This document shows, piece by piece, positions 11,733-24,752 of a stretch of 64,000 nt of DNA. Each line of letters begins with the position of its first letter. Positions within the stretch are counted from its first letter, which is position 1. Below the pieces are notes generated by a model. That model saw only the letters and a list, made by a program, of their open reading frames with translations, was not told the origin of the DNA and did not search any database. Origin of the DNA: Dictyostelium discoideum. Taxonomy: Eukaryota. Position numbers and translations under genes: made by a program. The stretch is taken from positions 576,001 to 640,000 of the forward strand of contig CM000151.3 of NCBI GenBank assembly GCA_000004695.1, written 5' to 3'.

Positions 11733-14511
11733 AGTAATTGATAGTAGAGATTTAGAAAATAGTACATTTAAACTATCATATATTAATAATGATACTGCAA
11801 AATTTCAAATAAAGAATTCATTTTTGGAATTTGAAAATGATTTACCAGATTTACCATCATTAACAAATTTATTGTTGGAAATTAGAAGTTTACCAAATAT
11901 TTCTCAAATAAATCCTTACCAAGTTTCGTTTAGATTTAGTCCAGATTTTGATATTGGATCATTAAAATTAAATTTTCAAACTTTAAAATCACAATTAATA
12001 ACTATCTTAGATTCGAATGATTCAAATTTAATATATCCATGTGATTTCATAAAAGATCAATATGTTGGACAAAATGAAAAGAGTACTATTAATTTTGGCC
12101 TTAAATTTTTACCACCAATTGATGGTCATGTTATTGATCTATCAAATAAGAATATTGAATCTATATCATATACCAATGCTGGTAATGCTTTTAATATTGT
12201 TATAAATTCAAAATCAACATTCCCTATTTTGGTTGGTTATTATGTTAATGTTGCCCTTTTAAAAGGTAATATATCACAAACTATACCACTTTCACAATTT
12301 GGTAGAGGTGAAAGTATTTCAGTAATAGATTCAAAAATCAGTGGTGATTTGGATACTAATTATAGACCAACTGATGGAGTTGTAAGAAGACTTTATGATT
12401 TTTCAAATAATTTCATTACAGGTACCATTGATCCATCATGGTGTAATGCTCAATTAATAATTAGAAATAATAAAATGAGTGGTGAAGTTCCATCATGCTA
12501 TTCATGTTATTTTAACTATCCAATGCAATTAGTTAATAATCCAGATATTAAAGTTTTTTATGATGGATTTGAAGGAAATAATTTTACAAATTTAGAACAA
12601 AATCTTAAATGTACAACATTTGCTCCACAAATTGATAAAGATTCAGAAACCAGTTTAATTATTTCTGGTACTGATATTGGTTTCTATGGTGATAAGTTTT
12701 TAATACAAGATACTATGATATGTACAACATATCAAGTAATCGAATTTGGTAAAAGTTATAAATGTGGAATTCATCCAAGTTTTTCTTTTAAAGATTTAAA
12801 CTATATTAAAATTAATTTTAAATTCCCATTTGATAAAGATTATTATTTTTCATTAATTAATAGAGTACCAATGATAACATCAGTAACTTACTCAAATAAT
12901 AATTTACAAATTAATGGATCTTACTTTTCAAGTTATTTAGGTCATGTTCCACAAACAATTAGTTTATCAACTTTTACATTTGATATCTTAAATTCAAGTG
13001 ATTTCTTTTCTATCCAAGCAATATCAACTTTTAAAGTAGTTCCAAATCCAGGCTTCAATCTATTAACATTGAAAACAAATTCAAAGATTTCAAGAGTTTT
13101 CATTAATATGGCATCATTAGCAAATGATAAGTTATGTAAAAATAATTGCACAGATGACGACCATGGTGTTTGTAATTTATATTTAGGTACTTGTGTTTGT
13201 AATAATAATTATGAAGGTGATGATTGTTCAATTCCACAATTTTATATTACATCAGTTCAACCATCAACAACAAATGGTGGTGAAGCTATTTTCTTTGGTT
13301 TATATGGATATGACCTTAGTAATATTTCATTAACTATTAGTGGAATAGATTGTCCAATTACATTCAATTCATCAGATACAATTAAATGTATAGCACCACC
13401 TGGTAATGGTATTAAAACTGTAATTTTAAAACAAAATATTAAAATATTCACTGGTATTGGCATTTATAAATATATTGAATTATCAATACCATGTCCAAAT
13501 AAATGTTCAAATAATGGTATTTGTAATTCGACAACTGGAATTTGTAAATGTAAAAATGGATATACTTTATATGATTGTAGCGCATTATTAAATACAGATA
13601 TTGGTTTAGGCAATAATAATAACAATAATAATAATAATGGTGGTACAAATACAACAATTGACCCAGGTACAGGTTCAACAAATATTACAGATTCTCAAAC
13701 TAATTTCCAAATTTATTTAAAATCATTAATTGAAGTAGATATTAATAATAATGAAGTTAAATCTTATTCATTATTAAAGAATTGGATATTTAATAAAACT
13801 GAAAATGAAATTGAACCGAATAAATACATATTAAAACAACAATTAGTAAATAATACTTCTACAACTTCAAATGGATGTATAATTACATCAACAATTGAAG
13901 AAATTAAAGATAAAAATGGTAAAGAATTTACATTTGCGGGTACATCATTCGTTGTTTCAAGTGGTTCAATTAAATTCACAATTTCAATTGCAAATTATAC
14001 ATATCAAAGTAATTTAAATACTTTAAAATTAGAATTAATATCATCAGTTGATAAAATCGATAAAATTAATAATTGTAATTCAAAAGACACAGAAATCGAT
14101 ACAACCAATGTAAATGATATATCAACATTTAATTATATCAAAATTTCCAAGAATAAAAATATTTTCTCTGGTAGATTCATAAATAAAGTATTATCTGATG
14201 GAAGATCAACATTTTTTACAACAAGCGCAAGAAATGACTCAAATTCAATTATTGTGTCATTAAATTTACCACATTGTATTAATGAATGTTTAATTGATCC
14301 AGATTTTTCAGTTTTACTTTCAAATGATTTCAAATCTGAATGTGGTGATGATGATTCATCTCGAAAATGGTTTTTACCTGTTGTAGTAGTTGTACCAGTT
14401 GTTGGTTTTGCTCTTATTTTAATTATACTTTTAATAATTTATAAAAAAAGTACAACATTTAAAATAATACTGCACGCCACAAAATTAAAAAAATTAAAAA
14501 ATAATAAATAA
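11733..14511 (+). CDS. Paralog B, large exon 4. LRR-like repeats, IPT/TIG, EGF, TM; tgr-like surface protein.
   Basis: AG acceptor at 11731-11732, in frame with ORF 11824..14511. The domain order is the same as in paralog A. The C-terminal roughly 420 aa are almost identical to paralogs A and C. Confidence 0.65.
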
Positions 14512-14622
14512 ATATTTCATCATTTATATTATTTTTTATTTTTATTATATTTTTTTCTTATGATTTTATTACAAAGTTTAAGAATTAAGAATCTTTTTTT
14601 TTTTAATAAAATAATAATATTA

Positions 14623-17019
14623 TCAATTAAATTTATATTTAATTAATTTTTCATTTGAAAAGAATTTAGAAATCTTGATTGCACCTCTTTGAAGTGAAAA
14701 AAGTAAAAAAGATTTTAATTCTTGGTTACTGAATATTCCACCATCTGATTTTTCCTTTAAAATGAAATGTAAATTTTGATTAATGTATTCAAAAATTTGT
14801 AATTTTGAATTTGATGTAATATACTCCATAAATGAATTAACCAAAACTTTAATTAAAAATCTTTGATCTTGGGCAGAATTGGATAATGAAGAATCACTGT
14901 GATACTTTTCGATAATTGTTAAAAACCAATTTAAAAATTTAAAATTATTAATTTCATATAAATAGGGAGTGAATTGGTTAACATCGTTTAATAAGAGTCT
15001 TAATCTTTTAATATAAACATCATAATCCTTTTCTTTACTATTATAATATTTATTAACACTGCTGTTGTTGTTGTTATTGAAATCAAATCTATCGATTGCA
15101 ATGAGTAAATGATATTGATATATTTTTGGATTCAAAGAGAATAAACCATCACCATTTTTCAATTCATCATTATAATTTGTATACACCCAATCTATAAATT
15201 TAAAAAACTCATTTGGATAAGAGGATTCCACGATGTGTACTATTTGGTCCATTGGTTGCTTCACAAAAATATTTGCATTAATTACCAAATCTCTTAATGT
15301 TTCATATCATATTAAAAGTTTATATGATAATCCTGAAGTAGTGTATAAATGGAATGACCATTCAAACCCTAATTTATCATTATCGTAGAGTTTTGGATTA
15401 GAACCAAAATGATGTACAAAATCAGCATAATTTTTATTTAAATTCCAAATAATTTATTCGATCTCCAAAGTATCCATAAACTATAAAGCTAATAAGACTA
15501 CTACCACCACCACCACTATTTCTACAACTTGACGGATTTACTGATTTTGATTTATAAAATAATGATTCAAAATGTTTTAATAATTCTAAATTTTTATAAA
15601 ATGTACTGATGTAATTATCATAAACAATATCTTTAAAGTAATTAGATTGATTGTAAAATAAAAATTCTAACACCTCTATTGATTCGATATAATAGGTTGG
15701 TGGAAGTAATAATTTGTCTAAAGTTATTTGTAGATGATTACCAACTTTATTTGAATAATATTTCACCAACTCCGTATCATTATGAATTACAAGCATACAC
15801 AAGAAATAATAACAACAACAACTCTGAAATTCAAGGTCAGGTTGTTTAATTATTCTTTTAACTATTTCATCAATGAATTTAATCTTTTTCTCTTTATTAA
15901 AACAATGTGAAAATAAAATTTTAAATTCTTCATCAGTTGTTTTACCATTATTAAATTGAATAATATTTGGTAATAAATTTTGAAAACCCTGTTTATATCC
16001 ATTTGTTTCATATGATTCTAAAATTTCATAAATTCCTAATCTAACCGTAATTTCAAGTAAATCACAAGAAGGATATATAGTTTTATAATGACCATCATTG
16101 GATTCTTCATGATAATAACAGAAATATAAAAAATTTGATATTTCATGACCAAATATTGAATGATTTAATTTTAACAGTTTCTTTATAAAATTTTTAATTT
16201 CTTCATTATTATTGAAATTTATTGGATCATTTAATAATGATTTTAAATTAACTTTATTAATTTTCTTTGTGAAATTATCAATTTCTTCAATTGTTACAAT
16301 TGGTTTTTCTTCTTCTTCTTTTGGTGGTGTTTTTAATTTTAAAATCAATATTGCAGTGTTGACTAATGCTTTTAATGTTGATTTTTCATTAATGTGATAG
16401 AATTTCGAATATTCTCCTTTTGTAGTGCAATTAATTAATAATTGATAATATTGATTTCTATCATAATTATGATCATGAGCAATGTAATTTAAATAACATA
16501 ATAACCCTTTGAAAAAATTATTTTCTTGATTTATTTGGCAACTACATCTTGAACAGAAATATTTAAAATCACTATAATTTTTATCTAATAATAAAAATGA
16601 GTTTACTGAATTTAATTCTACAACTAGATATTTAATGAATTTATTTGATCCATTAATAATTGAATGCAAAAGATCTGTTTTTGTTGGTACATAGTTGAAT
16701 TCGTTTACAAATAATTTAAAATTTTTAATTTCTTTGATTCAATTAATGCATACACTACATCTTGTGATGAATTGTAATAATCATTCTCTATATTAAAAAA
16801 GTTTCTATAGAATCTATAATCGTCATGAATAATTGTTGAAAATAGTTTCACTAAATCATCTACATCTAAAGTACAACTATTAGAAAATTGATGTGAATCG
16901 AATTGTAAATATCTACAATTTCTATAAACTTTTTCTTTTAATATACTAAATTGATTTGAATTGATAAGATCTTTAATTGACGATATTGAATCATAACTCG
17001 ATGAGAATTGCTTATCCAT
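14623..17019 (-). CDS. Hypothetical Dictyostelium-specific protein locus. Three collinear minus-strand ORFs of 104, 411 and 221 aa make up one gene, either with very short introns or disrupted (possible pseudogene).
   Basis: ORFs 16705..17019, 15434..16669 and 14623..15288 all lie on the minus strand. The 16670-16704 gap can be read as a 34-nt GTAAAC...AG intron in phase. The 15289-15433 gap contains an in-frame TGA and a +1 frame change. No recognisable domain. Confidence 0.35.
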
Positions 17020-17474
17020 AAATGAGAATATCTTTTTATAAATTACTTTATTTCTAAATAATTTCCAAAATAATTTTTCAGTTATTATTCATTGTTGTGT
17101 TATAATTCCCCAAAATAAATAAAAATTAAAAAAAAAAAAAAATTTCTAAGATATTTTAAAAAAAATTTTAACACTAAAATAAAAAAAAAAAAAATTACAT
17201 TTTAATATCCCATCATTTTCTAATCTGCAAAAATGAAAAAATAACATTAAAATATAAAAACAAAAAGAATTTTTTTTTTTTTTTTTTTTTTTTATTATTA
17301 TTTTTATTTATTAAAATTATATATTTCATATTTATCATAATCTTCACCAATCACTAGCACTCATATATACCTTCACCAATAATAATAATAATAATATTAA
17401 TAATATTATAAAGGTGGTTGGGTGTTGAAAAGTAATTTTATGCGGCGCTGGTAGTACCAAAAGATATTTCGGTT

Positions 17475-17505
<31 letters not shown>

Positions 17506-17525
17506 GTCAAAAATACGAAAATACA

Positions 17526-17553
17526 AAAAACCACCGTTTGAAAAGTGGTTTTT
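17526..17553. promoter_or_regulatory. Inverted repeat AAAACCAC-N10-GTGGTTTT about 110 bp upstream of paralog C. It is related to the element upstream of paralog B.
   Basis: AAAAACCACCGTTTGAAAAGTGGTTTTTG, with an adjacent TGACGT. Confidence 0.35.
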
Positions 17554-17662
17554 GTGACGTACAATTTTAGTTTTTTATTTTTTTGATATTTTTTTTTTTT
17601 AAAATTTGTGCTTGTATTTTTTTTATTTTCACTTTTTTTATTTTTTATTGGTAGTGGAAAAA

Positions 17663-17856
17663 ATGATACTATATTATTTATTTATCTTCTTTTCTTTTCT
17701 TTGTTTTTTTTCATTTGGGATTATTCCTCCTGAGAATGAACTTCTTGCTTTAAATAATATTGTACAAAAGTTTAATCTTTCAATTGGTAATCAACCAAAC
17801 CCTGATTATTGTTCAATTTTTATCTGTAGTCAAACAAATGGATCACTTATAGATAC
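17663..17856 (+). CDS. Paralog C, exon 1 (signal peptide plus PPENELLALNNIVQKFN).
   Basis: ATG at 17663. The upstream Met at 17606 given by the ORF track is less likely. GTTTGT donor at 17857. Confidence 0.5.
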
Positions 17857-17910
17857 GTTTGTATTCAAAAATAAATTCTAATTATACATTTCTAAAAATA
17901 AAATTCTAAT

Positions 17911-17943
<33 letters not shown>

Positions 17944-17944
17944 G

Positions 17945-18037
17945 TCTTTATTTATTAGCTAATTCTATTGAATACACACCAATTGGTGCAAAGATCGCTG
18001 TATCAGATTTAAAACAATTTACAAGTGTTTCTTCAAT
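17945..18037 (+). CDS. Paralog C, exon 2.
   Basis: AG acceptor at 17943-17944 and GTAAAA donor at 18038. Confidence 0.45.
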
Positions 18038-18055
18038 GTAAAAAACAAAAATTAA

Positions 18056-18118
<63 letters not shown>
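18056..18118. repeat. (AAT)n microsatellite of about 20 units in an intron of paralog C.
   Basis: Read directly from the sequence. Confidence 0.9.
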
Positions 18119-18168
18119 TATAAACTTTTTACTTATTATTTTTTTATTTTTTTTATTTTTTTTTTCAG

Positions 18169-18297
18169 ATTTTTAAATGGATTTGAAATTGAATATGAAT
18201 TTATTTATCACAAATTCGAAAATTGTCAAACCCTTTATTATATTGAAACTAGGGGAGCAATGGTGATAAATAAAACGTTACCCGATTATGCATCAAT
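18169..18297 (+). CDS. Paralog C, exon 3.
   Basis: AG acceptor at 18167-18168 and GTAAGT donor at 18298. The preceding intron contains an (AAT)n tract of about 20 units. Confidence 0.45.
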
Positions 18298-18394
18298 GTA
18301 AGTTTTTGATTTTATTTTTTATTTTTTGTTTTTTTTATTTTTTTATTAAATTAATAATATGTAATATATATTTTATAAATGTAAAAATTATTAG

Positions 18395-21179
18395 AAATAT
18401 TGATTGTAAAGGATTAGAAGGTACAGAATTTAAACTATCTTATATTAGCTCAAAAACACATAGTTTCAATATATATGGAGGGAACGTAAACTTTATAACT
18501 GATGTTCCAAAGCCAACATTTTTTCAAAATTTACGTTTAAAAACAAAAAACATACCAGATTTAAAAAAAATTGTATTTGAAAATTTAATTATAAATATTG
18601 ATAAAGATTTCAATACCAGTTCATTATCAGCGTATTATAATACAATTGGAGCGAAATCGACTTCACTATTAAATGATGATAGAAATAATGGACCAAATTT
18701 ACCAAGTGAATTTTTAGGTGATAGATGGGTTTCAAATGATAAATATAGGGACAATTTAGATGTGAATGGTTTTTTAGCTCCAATTAATAATGAGCAAATT
18801 GATTTAACAGAATTGAAGTATTCATTATTAGATTTTAGAAAAGCAGGTCAATTATTCAACATTCAACAAAATTCAAAAAATGTATTCCCAATTAAAACTG
18901 GAAACAGTACAACATACTTGAAATTCCATAATGGAAATATTTCTCAAATTTACCCACTTTCCCAATTTGGAAAAGCTTCATTTATCTCTGTAGTAAATTC
19001 AAGTATTACTGGTGATTTAGGCCCATATGAGCCAAATAATGGATTTCCTACAAGACTTTATGATTTTACTAATAATGCTATAACTGGAACAATTGATCAA
19101 TCATGGTGTAACTCTGTATTGATAGTTAAAAACAATAGGATGAATGGTACAATTCCATCCTGTTTTACATGTTATTTTGATTTTCCAATAATGCTAGTAG
19201 ATAATCCAAGTGCCAGTACTATTTATGAAGCATTTCAAGGAAATAGCTTTGATAATTTAAATACAAATATTAAATGTACAACTTTTGCTCCACAAATTGA
19301 AAAAATTCGAGATAAGGCTCTACATATTTTTGGTAATGATATTGGTTTCGATAGTACTTTCTATAAAATAGATGATATTGGAATATGTAGTTCCTATAAT
19401 ACTATCGAATTTGGTAAAAGCTATGAATGTATAAGTAATAATTATTCATTTAAAGATTTAAAATATATTAAATTTAATTTTAAATATCCATTTGATAAGG
19501 ATTATTATTTCCCATTAATTAAAAGATCACCAATTATTAGCTCTGTACATTTTTTAAATAATAACAATTTACAAGTAAATGGTTCTTATTTTTCAAGTTA
19601 TTTAGGTCATGTTTCTCAAACTATTACTATTTCAAATTTAATATTTGAAATTTTAGATTCAAGTGATTTCTTTACAATTCAAGCAACTCCAATTCAAACA
19701 ATTCCAATTGAAAAACTTGAATACCCTGAAAATACAAATACTTTTGATTTATTAACTTTAAATACAAATTCAAAGATTACAAGAGTTTACATTAATCCAT
19801 CTTCAATTAATGATAAAATATGTAAAAATGATTGTACTGATAATGATCATGGTATTTGTAATTTATATTTAGGTGTTTGTGTTTGTTTAAATGATTTTAT
19901 TGGTGATGATTGTTCGAATTCAAAATTTTTCATTACATCAGTTCAACCATCAACAACAAATGGTGGTGAAGCTATTTTCTTTGGTTCATTTTTAGAATCA
20001 ATCAATACTATTTCATTAACAATTGGTGGAATAGATTGTCCAATTACATTCAATTCATCAGATACAATTAAATGTACAGCACAACCTGGTAATGGTATTA
20101 AAACTGTAATTTTAAAACAAAATGATAAAATATTCACTGGTATTGGCATTTATAAATATATTGAATTATCAATACCATGTCCAAATAAATGTTCAAATAA
20201 TGGTATTTGTAATTCAACAACTGGAATTTGTAAATGTAATAATGGATATACTTTATATGATTGTAGCGCATTATTAAATACAGATAATGGTTCAGGTGGT
20301 AATAATAACAATGGCGGTACAAATACAACAATTGACCCAGGTACAGGTTCAACAAATATTACAGATTCTCAAACTCACTTTCAAATTTATTTAAAATCAT
20401 TAATTGAAGTAGATATTAATAATAATGAAGTTAAATCTTATTCATTATTAAAGAATTGGATATTTAATAAAACTGAAAATGAAATTGAACCAAATAAATA
20501 TATATTAAAACAACAATTAGTAAATAATACTGCTCCAAATTCAAATGGATGTATAATTACATCAACAATTGAAGAAATTAAAGATAAAAATGGTAAAGAA
20601 TTTACATTTGCGGGTACATCATTCGTTGTTTCAAGTGGTTCAATTAAATTTACAATTTCAATTGCAAATTATACATATCAAAGTAATTTAAATACTTTAA
20701 AATTAGAATTAATGTCATCAGTTGATAAAATCGATAAAATTAATAATTGTAATTCAAAAGACACAGAAATCGATACAACCAATGTAAATGATATATCAAC
20801 ATTTAATTATATCAAAATTTCAAAAAATAATAAAATTTTCTCTGGTAGATTCATAAATAAAGTATTATCTGATGGAAGATCAACATTTTTTACAACAAGC
20901 GCAAGAAACGATTCAAATTCAATTATTGTATCATTAAATTTACCACATTGTATAAACGAATGTTTAATTGATCCAGATTTTTCAGTTTTACTTTCAAATG
21001 ATTTCAAATCTGAATGTGGTGATTCATCTCGAAAATGGTTTTTACCTGTTGTTATAGTTGTACCTGTTTTGGGCGCAACTATACTTTTTATAGTTTTCTT
21101 TATACTCTATAAGAAAAGTACTACACTTAAAATTATGTTGCACGCTGCAAAATTAAAAAAATTAAATACCAATAAATAA
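18395..21179 (+). CDS. Paralog C, large exon 4. LRR-like repeats, IPT/TIG, EGF, TM; tgr-like surface protein.
   Basis: AG acceptor at 18393-18394, in frame with ORF 18288..21179. The ORF track's N-terminus runs through intron sequence. Confidence 0.65.
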
Positions 21180-21227
21180 CAAATAAAATAAAACTTTTTA
21201 TATAAATAATAAATAATTAAATTTTTA

Positions 21228-21472
21228 TTAAACTTTATTTAAAGTATAACCTGTTCTAACGACATTTGGTGTGTAAGCACGTGAACAAGTCTTACACCAC
21301 CAACGAAATTTATCATGTTTCCATGCAGGTGCCAACCCACATCTAGTACAATTTGGTATTTGTTGTAATGAGTCAGATTGATTATTTAAACAATTTTGGT
21401 TATTTTGATTTGTAATAATGGTATTTTGTGAATAATTATTATTATTAGTAGTATTATTATTAATATTATTAT

Positions 21473-21509
<37 letters not shown>

Positions 21510-21510
21510 A

Positions 21511-21595
<85 letters not shown>

Positions 21596-22494
21596 TATTA
21601 TTATTATTATGAATATTTAAAAGGGTGTGATTATTACCATTATTATTTGTTTGATTGTGGGCTCTATTTGAATTCATTTGGGCGATATTGAATTCACTAT
21701 CGGTAGCTCGTTTATATATTCTATTTTCGATTGGTATGAATGCTTTATTACAATTACGACAGTAGTAACGTTTTTTATCATGTTTCCAACTGGCAACTCT
21801 ATTACAATATGCACAATTTGGTAATTCATTTACTACATTTGATGTTTGGGAATTTGGTGACGTTGGTGTTGGAGATGTTGGTGTTGAATTATCACTATTA
21901 CTATTATTATCATTATCACTATGATTACTATTATTAACAATATTATTATTGTTATTATTAATATTGTTACTATTACTATTATGGTTTATTTTATTATTTT
22001 TATTATTATTTACAAGGTTATTAAAACCAGAAGAAGCTAATTTAATTTCACCATTTTTATTTAAAGTACTTCTGGTAATTATTGACTCTAAGACAATTTT
22101 TGCATCTTTCATTGAGATATTGGATGGTAATGTACCTCCTAATCTTCTAATTTCGGAACAAATTTCTGGAAATGTTAATTTACAAATATCTTCAACTTTA
22201 AAGTTGGAAATTTCAGGAACTGATTGATTATTATTTTTATTATTAATTGGATTTGGATTTGGATTTGGGTTTGGATTTGGTGTATTATTACTACTGTTAT
22301 TATTGTTATTATTAATGGTATTTATATTTTGATTATTTGAAAAATCATTATTAATTGTATTGTTAAAATTATTATTATTATTATTATTATTATTGTTATT
22401 AGTATTATTATTATTATTATTATTTTGGTGATTATTTTTATTAATATTTTGGTTGTAATTGGCATTCATATTTTTGAAATTACTATTAATAATT

Positions 22495-22529
<35 letters not shown>

Positions 22530-22957
22530 TAAATTATTTATTGAAATCGATTGTTGATTGTATTGAGTTTTTGGTTGAATAATATTTTGAATTTGTGGTT
22601 GATTAGATTTGGAGTGTAGTGGTGGTGAAAATTGTGAATTGTTTACAAGTTGAGGTGAACTTAATGGTTGAAGTGATTGTGGAAGAGGTAGAGGTGGTGG
22701 TGAATGTTGTTTATGATAATAAACATTCTGATAATGATATAATGGAGGACTATATGAATGTTGTAATTGATGTTGTTGTTGAATTTCTGGTGATTGAGGA
22801 ATTTGTTGTAAATTATTATTATTATTATCAATTTCATCAATATGGTGGTTATTATGATGATAATTATGATGATGATGATGATGTTGTTGATTATGATTAT
22901 GATGATGATGATTATGATGATATTGATGATGGTTATATGTATAAATTGGATGTTGAT

Positions 22958-22989
<32 letters not shown>

Positions 22990-23171
22990 CTATTAATGTT
23001 AATTTGATTACGAAGGTCGTTAGATTTATTCAAATTTTTATTATTGTTAAAAACCCAATTTGAATTATCGTCGTCATCGCCAATATCATTATTATCATTT
23101 AATAAAAAATCAATTCTTTGTTTTTTAAATGATCTATTATAACTATTAATATCACTTAAAAGCTCCTCCAT
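21228..23171 (-). CDS. N/H/Q-rich nuclear-type protein with two CX2CX14CX2C zinc-ribbon-like motifs.
   Basis: Single 647-aa ORF. The two motifs are CAYCNRVASWKHDKKRYYCRNC and CTRCGLAPAWKHDKFRWWCKTC. It also has long poly-N, poly-H and PNPNPN tracts. Confidence 0.6.
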
Positions 23172-24191
23172 TTTTTTTTTTTTTATTTATTTTATTTATT
23201 TGCAAAAAAATTTATTTATTTTATTTATTTTTATTTTATTTATTTATATTTTTTTTTTTTTTTTGTATTTAAATTTTATTTTTATTATTTTTATTAATCG
23301 TTTTTGATTGAGTTTAAAAATAAAACAAAATAAAAATAAAACAGAGATTGATTTATAAAAAAGGAAATTTTTATTTTATTTTTTTTTTTTTTTTTTTTTT
23401 TTGTTTACAAAATCGATTTTTAAAAATAATTATAAAAGAAGAAAGTGGGGGAAGTAAAAAAAAAAAAAAAAAATAAAAAAAAATTTGTTTAATGATTTTG
23501 AAAAAATAAAAATTATACAAAAAGGAACGGATTATAGTGTAGTTTAATATTTGTATTGGAAGACAATAATTAAAAAAAAAATATAATAATTTAATTAAAA
23601 AAAAATGATAATAATAATAATAATGATAATAACCACACAAACACAAAATTGCTCTACAATTTATTTTATATATCTGTATATTATTTTTATAAATTAATAT
23701 CTATATATAAATTTATATTATTTGTTCTATTTATTGCTATTAAATATTTATTTTAAATTTTATTTTTATTTTTAACTTTTATTTATTTATTTTTTTTTTT
23801 TTTTTTTTTTTTAATTTATAAATAAAATTTTTTTGGATAGCAAATTGTTTAAAAAAAAAATATATAAAAAAATATAAAAATAATAGTATGGCAACTATTA
23901 ATTTAATAAATGGTGGTGGTGGATGGTGGTAGTGTGAGTTGAAAAGGGGGGGGTGTGTGAATGTCAATAATGGAAAAAGAAATGTGATTCCAAAATTTTG
24001 TTGTTTTTATGTTGTTATTGTTGCTGTTTTGAAATGAGAGTAAAAATTTACTTTTATATTAATAGTTTATTTTTATATCAAATATATTTGGTTGAGCAAT
24101 AAAAAAAAAATAAAATAAAATAAAAATAATTAAAATAAAATATTGAAGAGAAAGAATGAGGGGTATAGTCTAGTTTTTTAATAGCATCCAA

Positions 24192-24242
<51 letters not shown>

Positions 24243-24752
24243 AAAAAAAAATAAAATATTGTATGTGAGGGTGTTGGTTTGTGTCAATAAAAAAAAAATT
24301 TGTGGTTGACATCTCACACAACAACTACATGCTAACATAAAAATATGGCACCATTTAAAATAATAATATTAAAAAAAAAAAATAAAAAAATAATAAAAAT
24401 AAAATAAAATTTGGTAAGTGCAATAGAGTGGGCTTGGAAGAAGGTGTAATTTTTTTTTTTTTTTTTTTTGAGTGGTTTCGAAATTTGGGGTTGGTTGAGT
24501 GTTGGTTATATATTAAATGGGTGTGTTTTTATTTTTTTTTTCTTTTTTTTTTTTTTTTTTTTTGTTTTTTGGTAGATATATGCTCGTTCTAAATTTTTAT
24601 AGTAATTTTCAAATGTGTGGGTTGTAGAAGGTATTATTAACACAGTTGGTATTATTAAAGATAAAAATAATTTTTATTTAACTCGACCACCCCACAATCT
24701 ACTACCATTGTGAATTGTTCTTTTCTATTATTATAAATTTTTTTTTATTAAT

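Noticed and set aside
12942-13681. Small minus-strand ORFs inside paralogs B and C (12942-13151, 13257-13463, 13448-13681, 13764-13979, 14133-14333) and their duplicates at 19943-20355 and 20807-21007.
   Set aside because: They recur only because the host genes are duplicated. They overlap strong plus-strand CDS and have no independent support.
17606-17662. Upstream Met at 17606 (MCLYFFYFHFFYFLLVVEK) that the ORF track uses as the start of paralog C.
   Set aside because: It adds a nonsense hydrophobic extension read from an oligo-T run. The Met at 17663 aligns with the signal peptides of paralogs A and B.
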